Made by a program: the position numbers and the translations under genes. Below are positions 1 to 8,940 of a stretch of DNA of 32,000 bases, in pieces; position 1 is the stretch's first letter; each line of letters begins with the position of its first letter. The stretch spans positions 1,230,001 to 1,262,000 of the forward strand of contig NZ_CP060715.1 of the NCBI RefSeq assembly GCF_014396165.1, read 5' to 3'. The notes under the pieces are model-generated. The model saw only the letters and a list, made by a program, of their open reading frames with translations, was not told where the DNA came from and searched no databases. The DNA is from Erysipelothrix inopinata. GTDB taxonomy: Bacteria > Bacillota_I > Bacilli_A > Erysipelotrichales > Erysipelotrichaceae.

Positions 1-2001
1 AAAACTACAACTACGGAACGTATTCTTTATTATACAGGACGTACACACAAAATCGGGGAAACTCACGATGGAGCAGCTACCATGGACTGGATGGCTCAGG
101 AGCAAGAACGTGGTATCACGATCACTTCTGCAGCTACAACAGCAGCATGGAAAAACCACCGTATCAATATTATTGATACCCCTGGCCACGTTGACTTTAC
201 AGTTGAAGTTGAACGTTCCCTTCGTGTTCTTGATGGTGCGGTAACAGTTCTTGATGCTAAATCAGGAGTTGAACCTCAAACTGAAACAGTTTGGCGTCAA
301 GCTACGAAGTACAACGTACCTCGTATCGTTTTTGTAAATAAAATGGATGCAACCGGAGCTGATTTCTACATGGCGGCTAATACAATTGTTGACCGTCTTG
401 GAGCTAAATCTGCACCAATTCAACTTCCTATTGGAGTTGAAGATAACTTTACAGGACTTATTGATATTGTTGAGGAAAAAGCACACATCTTTGCTGATGT
501 TACTCAAAAATCCGATGATATCGTTGAGGTTCCTGAAGAATTTAAAGAACAAGTAGCGCAAGCTCGTGAAGTTCTTTTCGATCAAATTGCAGACTTTGAT
601 GAAGACTTTATGATGATGATCCTTGAAGGTGAAACACCATCAATCGATCAAGTAAAATCTACAATCCGTAAAGCTGTAATTAGCGGGGAATTCTTCCCTG
701 TACTATGTGGTGCTGCATATAAGAATAAAGGTGTTATTGCTATGCTTGATGCCGTTATTGATTACTTGCCATCACCATTAGACATCCCACCAGTTTCTGG
801 TACATTACCAAATGGTGAAGAAACAGTTCGTCTCGCTAGCGATGAAGAACCATTCTCAGCTTTAGCATTTAAAGTTGCTACTGACCCATTTGTTGGACGT
901 CTAACATACTTCAGAGTGTACTCAGGTGTTGCTCAATCTGGCTCTGGTGTTTACAACTCAGTTAAACAAAAACGTGAGCGTTTCGGTCGTATCATGCAAA
1001 TGCATGCTAACCACCGTCAAGAAATCGAAGAAGTATATGCTGGAGAAATCGCAGCTGCTATCGGTTTAAAAGTTACAGGTACTGGTGATACACTTTGCGA
1101 TGAAAAACACGAAGTCGTGTTAGAATCAATGATCTTCCCAGAACCAGTTATCAACGTTGCCTTAGAACCAAAAACTAAAGGTGACCAAGATAAAATGGGT
1201 CTTGCACTTGGAAAACTTGCTGAAGAAGATCCAACATTTAAAACTTATACTGATGAAGAAACAGGACAAACAATCATTGCCGGAATGGGTGAGTTACACT
1301 TAGACATTCTTGTTGATCGTTTGAAACGTGAATTCCATGTAGAAGCTAATGTTGGTAAACCACAAGTTGCTTACCGTGAAACAATTCGTGGTACAGCAGA
1401 GTGTGAAGGTAAATTCGTACGTCAATCCGGTGGACGTGGACAATATGGACACGTTTGGATTAAATTCGAACCAAACCCAGGCAAAGGATTTGAATGGGTC
1501 GATGCTGTTGTTGGTGGTACTGTTCCTCGTGAATATATCAAACCTGCACATGATGGACTTGAAGCTTCACTTCAAAATGGTTTAATTGCTGGATATCCTG
1601 CAATTGACATTAAAGCTACATTATTCGATGGATCATCTCACGATGTTGACTCGAGTGAAATGGCTTATAAAGTTGCTGCAAGCTTAGCATTCAAAGAAGC
1701 TGCTAAAAAATGTAACCCAGTTCTATTGGAACCTGTTATGGATGTTGAAATTACAGCACCTGCAGAATACCTAGGACCAGTTATGGGAGATATTTCATCC
1801 CGACGCGGACAAATTCGTGATCAAGAAGAACGTAACAATGCAGTTACTGTTAAAGCGTTCGTTCCACTTTCAGAAATGTCCGGATATACAACAGACTTAC
1901 GTTCATTTACACAAGGACGTGGTAACTCATCAATGCAATTCGATCACTACGAAGAAGTGCCAAAGAGCATTGCTGAAACTGTTGCAAAAAGAAAAAAATA
2001 A
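1..2001 (+). CDS. fusA: Elongation factor G, 5'-truncated by the window edge
   Basis: Frame 1 is open from nt 1 ([41 protein letters not shown]). GTPase motifs DTPGHVDF and NKMD; collinear with EF-G throughout; stop TAA 1999-2001. Confidence 0.98.
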   Translation, partial: KTTTTERILYYTGRTHKIGETHDGAATMDWMAQEQERGITITSAATTAAWKNHRINIIDTPGHVDFTVEVERSLRVLDGAVTVLDAKSGVEPQTETVWRQATKYNVPRIVFVNKMDATGADFYMAANTIVDRLGAKSAPIQLPIGVEDNFTGLIDIVEEKAHIFADVTQKSDDIVEVPEEFKEQVAQAREVLFDQIADFDEDFMMMILEGETPSIDQVKSTIRKAVISGEFFPVLCGAAYKNKGVIAMLDAVIDYLPSPLDIPPVSGTLPNGEETVRLASDEEPFSALAFKVATDPFVGRLTYFRVYSGVAQSGSGVYNSVKQKRERFGRIMQMHANHRQEIEEVYAGEIAAAIGLKVTGTGDTLCDEKHEVVLESMIFPEPVINVALEPKTKGDQDKMGLALGKLAEEDPTFKTYTDEETGQTIIAGMGELHLDILVDRLKREFHVEANVGKPQVAYRETIRGTAECEGKFVRQSGGRGQYGHVWIKFEPNPGKGFEWVDAVVGGTVPREYIKPAHDGLEASLQNGLIAGYPAIDIKATLFDGSSHDVDSSEMAYKVAASLAFKEAAKKCNPVLLEPVMDVEITAPAEYLGPVMGDISSRRGQIRDQEERNNAVTVKAFVPLSEMSGYTTDLRSFTQGRGNSSMQFDHYEEVPKSIAETVAKRKK

Positions 2002-2018
2002 ATTCTGATACATAGTTA

Positions 2019-2047
2019 TTGATTTTAAATTGTGTTTATCTTAATAT
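2019..2047 (+). promoter_or_regulatory. Candidate internal sigma-A promoter for tuf
   Basis: TTGATT (2019-2024), 17 nt, TAATAT (2042-2047) in the 87-nt fusA-tuf spacer. Confidence 0.3.
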
Positions 2048-2088
2048 ATAGATGAAAGGCAATATTTGATACAGGAGGAAAATTGCAA

Positions 2089-3273
2089 ATGTCAAAACAA
2101 AAATTTGATCGTTCTAAACCACACGTAAACGTTGGTACATTAGGACACGTTGACCACGGTAAAACTACTTTAACAGCTGCTATTACAACAGTATTAGCTA
2201 AGAAAACAGGTGGACAAGCTTCAGCTTACGACCAAATCGATAAGGCTCCAGAAGAAAAAGAACGTGGAATCACAATCTCAACATCACACGTTGAATACGA
2301 AACAGACGCACGTCACTACGCTCACGTTGACTGCCCAGGTCACGCTGACTACGTTAAAAACATGATTACAGGTGCTGCACAAATGGACGGTGCTATCTTA
2401 GTTGTTTCAGCTACAGATGGTCCTATGCCTCAAACTCGTGAGCACATCTTGCTTGCTAAACAATTAGGAGTTCCTTACTTCGTAGTGTTCTTGAACAAAT
2501 GCGACATGGTTGATGACGAAGAGTTAATCGATCTTGTTGAAATGGAAGTTCGTGAAGCATTATCAGAACAAGGTTACGACGGAGATAACTGCCCAGTTAT
2601 CCGTGGTTCAGCTCTTAAAGCATTAGAAGGCCAACCAGAATGGGAAGAAAAAATTATCGAACTTATGGATGCAGTTGATGCAAACGTTCCAGAACCAGTT
2701 CGTGATACAGACAAACCATTCTTAATGTCAGTAGAAGACGTATTCACAATCTCAGGTCGTGGTACAGTTGCTACAGGACGTGTTGAACGTGGAGAAATCA
2801 AAATCAACGAAGAAGTTGAAATCGTTGGTATCCATGACACATCAAAAACTGTTGTTACAGGTATCGAAATGTTCCACAAGATGTTAGACTCAGCTATGGC
2901 TGGAGATAACGTTGGAGCACTTCTTCGTGGAGTTAGCCGCGACGATATCGAACGTGGACAAGTTATTGCTAAACCAGGAACAGTACACCCACACAAAGTC
3001 TTCAAAGCACAAGTTTATATCTTGAGCAAAGAAGAAGGTGGACGTCATACTCCTTTCGTTAACAACTACCGTCCTCAATTCTACTTCCGTACAACAGACG
3101 TTACAGGAACTATTCAATTACCAGAAGGTGTTGACATGGTTATGCCTGGTGACAACGTTGAAATGACAGTAGAACTTATCGCTCCTATCGCTGTTGAGCA
3201 AGGTACAACTTTCTCAATCCGTGAAGGTGGACGTACAGTTGGTGCTGGTAACGTTACAGAAATCGTTAAATAA
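2089..3273 (+). CDS. tuf: Elongation factor Tu
   Basis: [44 protein letters not shown] at 2074-2078 fits the ATG at 2089 better than the in-frame TTG at 2083 used by the ORF track. Confidence 0.98.
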   Translation: MSKQKFDRSKPHVNVGTLGHVDHGKTTLTAAITTVLAKKTGGQASAYDQIDKAPEEKERGITISTSHVEYETDARHYAHVDCPGHADYVKNMITGAAQMDGAILVVSATDGPMPQTREHILLAKQLGVPYFVVFLNKCDMVDDEELIDLVEMEVREALSEQGYDGDNCPVIRGSALKALEGQPEWEEKIIELMDAVDANVPEPVRDTDKPFLMSVEDVFTISGRGTVATGRVERGEIKINEEVEIVGIHDTSKTVVTGIEMFHKMLDSAMAGDNVGALLRGVSRDDIERGQVIAKPGTVHPHKVFKAQVYILSKEEGGRHTPFVNNYRPQFYFRTTDVTGTIQLPEGVDMVMPGDNVEMTVELIAPIAVEQGTTFSIREGGRTVGAGNVTEIVK

Positions 3274-3287
3274 TTTAACAAACTTAA

Positions 3288-3311
3288 AGAGAGGCTTGCC
3301 TCTCTTTTTTT
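3288..3311 (+). terminator. Rho-independent terminator after tuf
   Basis: Stem AGAGAGG (3288-3294) / CCTCTCT (3299-3305), loop CTTG, then T7 (3305-3311). Confidence 0.8.
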
Positions 3312-3342
3312 ATGTTCTTTTTGTTCAATTTCTTGTAATATG

Positions 3343-3371
3343 TAGATAAATTTGAACGAATCACTTATAAT
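3343..3371 (+). promoter_or_regulatory. Candidate promoter of the ABC/LicC cassette
   Basis: TAGATA (3343-3348, 4/6 match to TTGACA), 17 nt, TATAAT (3366-3371). Lies 31 nt upstream of the SBP start. Confidence 0.3.
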
Positions 3372-3401
3372 TAATAAGTTAGAAGAAAGCATGGAGTACT
3401 T

Positions 3402-4382
3402 ATGAAAAAAACATTCATTATATTAATGATCTTGTCTCTAGTCTTGTTAGGCTTTGTAAGTAATAAAGATCAACAAACTATTATTGTATATTCAAGTGCA
3501 GAACAATTCCGAAACGAAGAATTACAAAAACAACTCAACGAAGAATTCCCTGAGTTAAGTGTTCGGGTAATGTATACACCAACCGCTAAGGCAGCAGCCA
3601 AAATCTTTGTTGAAAAAGAAAATACGGACGCTGACATAATATTAGCTCTTGAGACGAGTTATATGAATAAAATCAAGGACGCACTTGCGCCTATAGACGG
3701 GTTGTCTCGTATCGACTATGTCGATGAGTTTAAACCTGAAGTTGTCGATAATCAATACGTCATTTGGGAACGACAAGCTGGATCATTCATTATTAATGAA
3801 GATGTTTTAAAGAAGCATAATTTACCAATACCAACTTCATATGAAGAACTTCTGGATCCAATGTATAAAGATTTAATTGCAATGCCTGATCCTAATTCTA
3901 GTGGTACAGGTTACTTCTTTTATAAAAACCTCGTCAATACGATGGGAGAGGAAGAAGCACTTGCTTATTTTGATAAACTTTCATTAAATGTTAAACAATT
4001 TTCCGAATCTGGATCAGGCCCTATTAAACTCCTTAAACAAGGAGAAGTAGGAATTGGTTTGGCTTTAACATTCCAAGCTATGAACGAAATAAATAAAGGA
4101 ATGCCTTTATCCATTCTCTTCCCTGAAGAAGGTTCACCATATTCAATGACAGGTACTGGTATTGTAAAAGGCAGAGAGACTAACGCAGATGTCATGCGAG
4201 TCTTCGATTATATTATTAATGATTTCATTAAATATGATAAAGAACATTTCTCGCCTGAACAAATTATGAATAATCAAGTGAACAGTATTAAAGATTATCC
4301 AACAGGATTTAAGTATGCAGATATGCAAGGAATCGATTCAATTAAAGAAAAGGAACGTTTATTAAAATTATGGAAATACTAA
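3402..4382 (+). CDS. ABC importer substrate-binding protein (family-1 type; Fe3+/thiamine/aminoethylphosphonate/polyamine-like class); ligand unknown
   Basis: N-terminal hydrophobic signal or anchor (MKKTFIILMILSLVLLGFVS). About 326 aa, typical of this SBP class. First gene of an SBP-ATPase-permease operon; GGAG lies 5 nt upstream of the ATG. Confidence 0.75.
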   Translation: MKKTFIILMILSLVLLGFVSNKDQQTIIVYSSAEQFRNEELQKQLNEEFPELSVRVMYTPTAKAAAKIFVEKENTDADIILALETSYMNKIKDALAPIDGLSRIDYVDEFKPEVVDNQYVIWERQAGSFIINEDVLKKHNLPIPTSYEELLDPMYKDLIAMPDPNSSGTGYFFYKNLVNTMGEEEALAYFDKLSLNVKQFSESGSGPIKLLKQGEVGIGLALTFQAMNEINKGMPLSILFPEEGSPYSMTGTGIVKGRETNADVMRVFDYIINDFIKYDKEHFSPEQIMNNQVNSIKDYPTGFKYADMQGIDSIKEKERLLKLWKY

Positions 4383-5149
4383 AAGATAAAGAAATTCTAA
4401 AAGTATCAGAATTAAATAAAACATTTGGGGACAAATTAATTTTAAATGATTTAAACTTTACTGTTAAAGAAGGAGAATTTTTAAGTGTTTTAGGTCCGAG
4501 TGGTTGTGGTAAAACAACGCTACTAAGAATCTTAATTGGTCTTGAGACTCAAGATTGTGGAACAATTCTTCGAGATGGTGTAGATATCTCAAAGCTTCAA
4601 CCCCATGAACGTGAAATGGGAATTGTATTTCAAAACTATGCGCTATTCCCTAATATGACTGTTTTAGAAAATGTTTCTTATGCTCTAAAAAATCGTCCTG
4701 ATATGAAATCTCAAGCTGACGAGATTGCCAAAAAAACACTGGACATGATTGGGATGACAGATCAGTTAAATAAAAAACCACACCAATTGTCTGGTGGGCA
4801 ACAACAACGTGTTGCTATTGCAAGAACACTGGCAACCAATCCACGTATTATCCTACTGGATGAGCCAATTTCTGCACTTGATGTTGAGAACCGTGAAATC
4901 ATGAAAAAAGAATTAAAATCAATTCAATCAAAATTTAATGCAACGATGATTTTTATTACTCACGAACAAGAAGAAGCATTCTATCTCTCTGATAGAATTA
5001 TGATACTTCGTGAGGGTGTTATAGAACAACTCGATACACCTGTGAATATTTATCAACATCCAGCAAATGACTATGTTCGTCGTTTCGTAAATGATCATCT
5101 TGATCAAAAGTATGATTCTCTTGTGAAGACTACAGGTAAAGCCCTATGA
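4370..5149 (+). CDS. ABC transporter ATP-binding protein (short form, no C-terminal TOBE-like extension)
   Basis: Walker A GPSGCGKTT, signature LSGGQQQRVAIAR, Walker B ILLDEP, H-loop ITHEQ. Overlaps the SBP gene by 13 nt. Confidence 0.92.
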   Translation: MEILKDKEILKVSELNKTFGDKLILNDLNFTVKEGEFLSVLGPSGCGKTTLLRILIGLETQDCGTILRDGVDISKLQPHEREMGIVFQNYALFPNMTVLENVSYALKNRPDMKSQADEIAKKTLDMIGMTDQLNKKPHQLSGGQQQRVAIARTLATNPRIILLDEPISALDVENREIMKKELKSIQSKFNATMIFITHEQEEAFYLSDRIMILREGVIEQLDTPVNIYQHPANDYVRRFVNDHLDQKYDSLVKTTGKAL

Positions 5150-6732
5150 AAAATAACAAGCTAAGAACATCGACAATACTTGTTCTAGCGATATTGTGTG
5201 TTACAGTTGTATTCCCAATTATTACTTTATTAATGAGTATTAATTTAGCAGATTTTAAAGAAGTATTTGGGTCACAACAATTTATGACACTTCTGAAGAA
5301 CTCTGTCGTAACAACATTAATCGCAACCGTACTGTCAGTGACACTTGCTATGACATTAGCATGGTGTTTAAATCGTTCAAACATGAAAGCTAAGAACATA
5401 TTTTCTGTTTGGTTTACACTGCCGATGTTAATTCCTTCCATTTCACATGCTATGGGACTTCTACTCTTGTTAGGGGATAATGGTATCCTTACCAACGTGC
5501 TAGGTATAAACATTGGATTGTATGGATATACTGGAATTATCATGGGATCAATTCTTTACTCTTTCCCAGTAGCTTTCCTACTTCTTACGGATAGTTATCG
5601 TTATGAGGATTATACAACTTATGAATCCGCTCAGGTTTTAGGACTTACCAAATTCCAACAATTTGTTTCAATTACATTGCCAAACCTTAAAAGACCTCTA
5701 ATATCTGCATTCTTTGCTGTATTCACTATGATCTTTACAGACTATGGTGTGCCATTGATATTGGGTGGTAAACATATGACTTTATCGGTTTATATGTATC
5801 GTGAGGTTATCGGCCTTCTAAACTTCTCTAAAGGTGCACTGATTGGTACCGTGCTCTTGATACCTGCAGTTATTGCATTTATTGTAGATTTAAAACAAAG
5901 TTCAAGTAGCAACCAATCTACCGTTGTGAAACCTTATAATATCCAAGAGAATAAACTACGTGATGTTATTTCAACGATATATAGTTTCGTGATGGCGTTT
6001 CTAGTTTCGTTACCTATAATGGCATTCATCTACTTGTCATTTGTAAAGAAATTCCCAATTGATATGAGTTTCTCACTTGATAACATTCGTCATTCGTTTG
6101 AACTAGGGGTAGGATCTTATCTCTTGAACTCAATCACTATTGCATTACTCAGCGCGATCTTTGGTGTCGTGATTACTTACTTTACGGCTTATTTAACGAG
6201 TCGCAACTCGGGTGGTAAATCGAAGATGGTTCTTCATCTTATTGCTATCATTACGCTCGCAATTCCTGGTGTTGTATTGGGTCTTGCATATGTTCTATTC
6301 TTTAATGGAACATTCTTCTATCGAACACTCTTAATACTTGTGTTAGTTAATATCACGCACTTCTTTGCTTCGCCTTATCTTCTTGCTTACAACTCATTAA
6401 AGAAATTTAATAGTAACTTAGAGGATGTATCAAGTAGTTTAGGAATCAGTTCTTTGAAGATGCTAACCGATGTTTATATTCCATGTACACAAGATACTAT
6501 TATTGAAATGTTTACATATATGTTTGTAAACGCAATGGTTACAATTTCAGCTGTATCATTCCTTGCAAACTTGAGAACAATGCCTATCGCATTATTAATT
6601 CCTCAATTTGACTCTCAATCTCTTATTGAGGGTGCAGCATTCATTTCAGTTCTCATTTTAGTGATAAATCTTATTGCAAAATTAATCATAAATGTGTATC
6701 GTAAGTATGCAGTCAATACAGTCGTAGAATAA
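5146..6732 (+). CDS. ABC transporter permease, fused two-module type (FbpB/ThiP/PhnUV-like architecture)
   Basis: 528 aa and highly hydrophobic, with about 12 predicted TM segments in two halves. ATGA start/stop overlap with the ATPase gene. Confidence 0.88.
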   Translation: MKNNKLRTSTILVLAILCVTVVFPIITLLMSINLADFKEVFGSQQFMTLLKNSVVTTLIATVLSVTLAMTLAWCLNRSNMKAKNIFSVWFTLPMLIPSISHAMGLLLLLGDNGILTNVLGINIGLYGYTGIIMGSILYSFPVAFLLLTDSYRYEDYTTYESAQVLGLTKFQQFVSITLPNLKRPLISAFFAVFTMIFTDYGVPLILGGKHMTLSVYMYREVIGLLNFSKGALIGTVLLIPAVIAFIVDLKQSSSSNQSTVVKPYNIQENKLRDVISTIYSFVMAFLVSLPIMAFIYLSFVKKFPIDMSFSLDNIRHSFELGVGSYLLNSITIALLSAIFGVVITYFTAYLTSRNSGGKSKMVLHLIAIITLAIPGVVLGLAYVLFFNGTFFYRTLLILVLVNITHFFASPYLLAYNSLKKFNSNLEDVSSSLGISSLKMLTDVYIPCTQDTIIEMFTYMFVNAMVTISAVSFLANLRTMPIALLIPQFDSQSLIEGAAFISVLILVINLIAKLIINVYRKYAVNTVVE

Positions 6733-6741
6733 GGAGATAAC

Positions 6742-7650
6742 ATGTTAACAAAAATAGAATTTGAAATATTATCTGGAGCGGTCCAAAATCGTCAATTAGA
6801 CGAAGTTAAAAATGCATTAGCAAATGCTTACCAATGGTCACAAGTGGATCTTGATGAGACTCTAGCAAACTTGGTTGAGAAAGACCTATTGGTTGACGGG
6901 GAATATGCGTTAACTCAAAAAGGATTGGATGCATTAGAACCTTATAGAGTAAAAAAGGCAATTATACTTGCAGCAGGTTTTGGTTCACGCCTTGTCCCTG
7001 TTACACTTAACACACCTAAACCTCTTATCAAAGTTAATGGTGTTAAAATGATTGAATCAATGTTGGATTCACTACTAGAAGTTGGAATCACAGATATTAC
7101 TCTTGTACGTGGATACATGAAAGAATACTTTGATGTATTATTGTATAAATATCCAATGCTTAAATTTATTGATAATGATGCATATAATGAAGCTAATAAT
7201 ATTTCTTCATCAGTCCTTGTTAAGGATATGTTAGATCATGCTTATGTAGCAGAAGCGGACTTGATGGTTTACAATCATCAAATTATTCGAAAATATGAAT
7301 ATAACAGCAACTACCTTGGAATTAAAATGGAAGAATCAGATGACTGGTGTATTGAAGTCAATAATGAAACCAAAGAAGTTCTTGATGTTCATGTTGGATT
7401 CAAAGGGAATAATAATTACCAAATGGTTGGAATCTCATACTGGTCATCAGAAGAAGCAGCAAACTTTGCAGATGATGTCATGGAAGTTTACAATAAAGAG
7501 GGCGGAAAACAAAAATACTGGGATGAAGTAGCACTTCGATTCCATAAAGATAAGTATTCATTCTTTGTAAGACCTTGTGTAGATTCAGACATCATCGAGA
7601 TTGATACTTTCGCAGAATTACAAGAAATTGATGATGCATACAAAATATAG
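6742..7650 (+). CDS. Winged-helix (MarR-like) N-terminal domain fused to a LicC-family nucleotidyl(cytidylyl)transferase
   Basis: Residues ~72-302 align by eye with S. pneumoniae LicC (recalled from memory): KAIILAAGFGSRLVPVTLNTPKPLIKVNG, YNEANNISS, AEADL, YWDEV, EIDTFAELQEID. Residues 1-70 form an extra helical, wHTH-like domain. AAGGAG RBS at 6732-6737. Confidence 0.8.
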   Translation: MLTKIEFEILSGAVQNRQLDEVKNALANAYQWSQVDLDETLANLVEKDLLVDGEYALTQKGLDALEPYRVKKAIILAAGFGSRLVPVTLNTPKPLIKVNGVKMIESMLDSLLEVGITDITLVRGYMKEYFDVLLYKYPMLKFIDNDAYNEANNISSSVLVKDMLDHAYVAEADLMVYNHQIIRKYEYNSNYLGIKMEESDDWCIEVNNETKEVLDVHVGFKGNNNYQMVGISYWSSEEAANFADDVMEVYNKEGGKQKYWDEVALRFHKDKYSFFVRPCVDSDIIEIDTFAELQEIDDAYKI

Positions 7651-7678
7651 ATATTGGAGAAATCCGATATCTTTTTTT
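7650..7678 (+). terminator. Rho-independent terminator closing the cassette
   Basis: GATATTGGA (7650-7658) / TCCGATATC (7663-7671) with one G-U pair, loop GAAA, then T7 (7672-7678). Confidence 0.8.
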
Positions 7679-7737
7679 ATGTTTAAAGTCATTGATCAAA
7701 ATGGTGAAAACAGGATTAAAATCATCAAAAAGCACCA

Positions 7738-7799
7738 AAATAAAAAAAAGAAAAAAACTGTGTTAAAACCCTTGAAATCTCTCTGTTATAGTGTATAAT
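7738..7799 (+). promoter_or_regulatory. S10-operon sigma-A promoter with A-tract UP-like element
   Basis: TTGAAA (7772-7777), 16 nt, TATAAT (7794-7799). A-rich tract at 7738-7757 upstream. Confidence 0.7.
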
Positions 7800-7805
7800 A
7801 CTAAA

Positions 7806-7923
7806 GCGACTGCATAGAAGTGCGAGGTTGCCGGCACACTGGAGTACGTTGTCATGGCCAGTGAGAAGTCGGGGAATTTGCATGGAGCAGGCCTGTTTAA
7901 CAGGCGGAAGAAGGAGGATTTCC
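7806..7923 (+). promoter_or_regulatory. Structured 5' leader of the S10 (rpsJ) operon; candidate ribosomal-protein autoregulatory RNA
   Basis: Hand-counted 53% GC for 7801-7920 versus 26% for 7681-7800. Helices: 7806-7814/7821-7831, 7837-7842/7858-7863, 7891-7895/7901-7905, and 7881-7887/7920-7926, which covers the AUG. Confidence 0.5.
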
Positions 7924-8235
7924 ATGGCGAAAAATTTTATTCGTATACGTTTAAAAGCTTACGAATCACGTACTATCGACATTGCTGCACAAAAGATTGT
8001 TCAAGCAGCTAATGATCATGGTGCTCAAAAAGTTGTTGGTCCCGTACCGTTACCAACAGAAAGAGAAATTGTTACAGTATTAAGATCGGTGCACGTTAAT
8101 AAGGATTCTCGTGAACAATTTGAATCAAGAACTCACAAGAGATTGATTGAAATTGTAGGACCTACAGCAGAGACAATCGACGCATTAAGTCGTTTAGATC
8201 TACCAAGTGGTGTCGACATCGAGATTAAACTTTAG
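7924..8235 (+). CDS. rpsJ: 30S ribosomal protein S10
   Basis: [26 protein letters not shown]... (103 aa). GAAGGAGG RBS at 7909-7917. The upstream in-frame extension in the ORF track is leader RNA. Confidence 0.97.
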   Translation: MAKNFIRIRLKAYESRTIDIAAQKIVQAANDHGAQKVVGPVPLPTEREIVTVLRSVHVNKDSREQFESRTHKRLIEIVGPTAETIDALSRLDLPSGVDIEIKL

Positions 8236-8250
8236 TAGAAGGGAGAAATC

Positions 8251-8940
8251 ATGAAAGGATTACTAGGACGTAAATTAGGAATGACACAAGTTTTCACAAC
8301 TGACGGTTCATTGATTCCTGTAAGTGTTGTTGAAGTATTACCAAACGTTGTTTTACAAAAGAAAACAATCGAATCAGACAACTACGAAGCAGTTCAATTG
8401 GGCGCATTTGATGTGAAAGAACAACGTGCAAACAAATCTGAGATTGCTCACGCTGCTAAGGCAAATACAGCACCTAAGAAATTTGTGCGCGAAATCGCTG
8501 GCTCAGAAATGATGAATTTCGAAGTCGGAGATGAAATCAAAGCTGATTTATTCAGCGCAGGCGACTTTGTAGATGTTACCGGAATCTCACGAGGTAAAGG
8601 ATACCAAGGAGCTATTGTTAGAGGAAACCAAAAACTTGGACCTAAAGCTCACGGATCAGGATTCCACCGTGGAATCGGATCATTAGCAACTGGTGGATTG
8701 AACCCAGCAGTTATTAAAAAAGGTGGAGTTATGCCTGGACAAGACGGCGGATTCACTACAACAAACCAAAAATTAGAAATTATCAAAGTAGATACAGAAA
8801 ACAACTATCTATTAATCAAGGGAAATATCCCTGGACCACGTCGTGGATTTGTAACTGTTAAATCAACAGTTAAACGAGTAAAATCAACATCTCCAGTGGA
8901 ATTAGTAGATTATACTAAGGAGGATTCTGAAAATGCCTAA
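8251..8940 (+). CDS. rplC: 50S ribosomal protein L3
   Basis: MKGLLGRKLGMTQVFT...GKGYQGAIVRGNQ; position in the S10 operon. Confidence 0.98.
   Translation: MKGLLGRKLGMTQVFTTDGSLIPVSVVEVLPNVVLQKKTIESDNYEAVQLGAFDVKEQRANKSEIAHAAKANTAPKKFVREIAGSEMMNFEVGDEIKADLFSAGDFVDVTGISRGKGYQGAIVRGNQKLGPKAHGSGFHRGIGSLATGGLNPAVIKKGGVMPGQDGGFTTTNQKLEIIKVDTENNYLLIKGNIPGPRRGFVTVKSTVKRVKSTSPVELVDYTKEDSENA

Noticed and set aside
2574-3005. 143-aa antisense ORF inside tuf. Analogous minus-strand or off-frame ORFs: 262-585, 347-556, 1300-1551, 1349-1585, 2890-3117, 3114-3392, 3965-4195, 4143-4328, 5130-5543, 8937-9164, 9054-9257, 9220-9456, 10033-10239, 10342-10671, 11269-11697, 12351-12584, 12961-13428, 14345-14602, 15283-15540, 15492-15794, 15652-15867, 15964-16395, 16597-16809, 17013-17210, 18589-18771, 19843-20076, 20308-20541, 22030-22268, 22739-22975, 23095-23662, 26943-27212, 28550-28756, 31655-31837.
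   Set aside because: All are shadow ORFs fully embedded in strongly supported conserved genes. They show skewed or low-complexity composition, no RBS and no recognisable motifs.
3303-3316. 14-nt exact direct repeat TCTTTTTTTATGTT at both borders of the ABC/LicC cassette (3303-3316 and 7670-7683), considered as a possible insertion or target-site duplication scar.
   Set aside because: Half of it is the terminator T7 tract. A third, unrelated terminator (27380-27390) shares 11 of the same nucleotides (TCTTTTTTTAT). It therefore looks like generic terminator-tail composition rather than an insertion signature.
7828-7923. In-frame 32-codon N-terminal extension of rpsJ in the ORF track ([32 protein letters not shown]).
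   Set aside because: S10 conservation begins at [10 protein letters not shown] (ATG 7924), which has a strong GAAGGAGG RBS. The extension coincides with the structured leader. Similar artefactual extensions were trimmed for rpsC (11369-11404), rplX (13434-13472), pepT (27390-27461), truA (31104-31148), the HAD gene (26295-26303) and tuf (2083-2088).
7601-7925. ORFs 7601-7798 (+, 65 aa) and 7725-7925 (-, 66 aa) spanning the licC-like/rpsJ intergenic region.
   Set aside because: They run through a terminator, an A-tract and the promoter/leader. The sequence is low-complexity (poly-Lys from the A-tract) and lacks an RBS.
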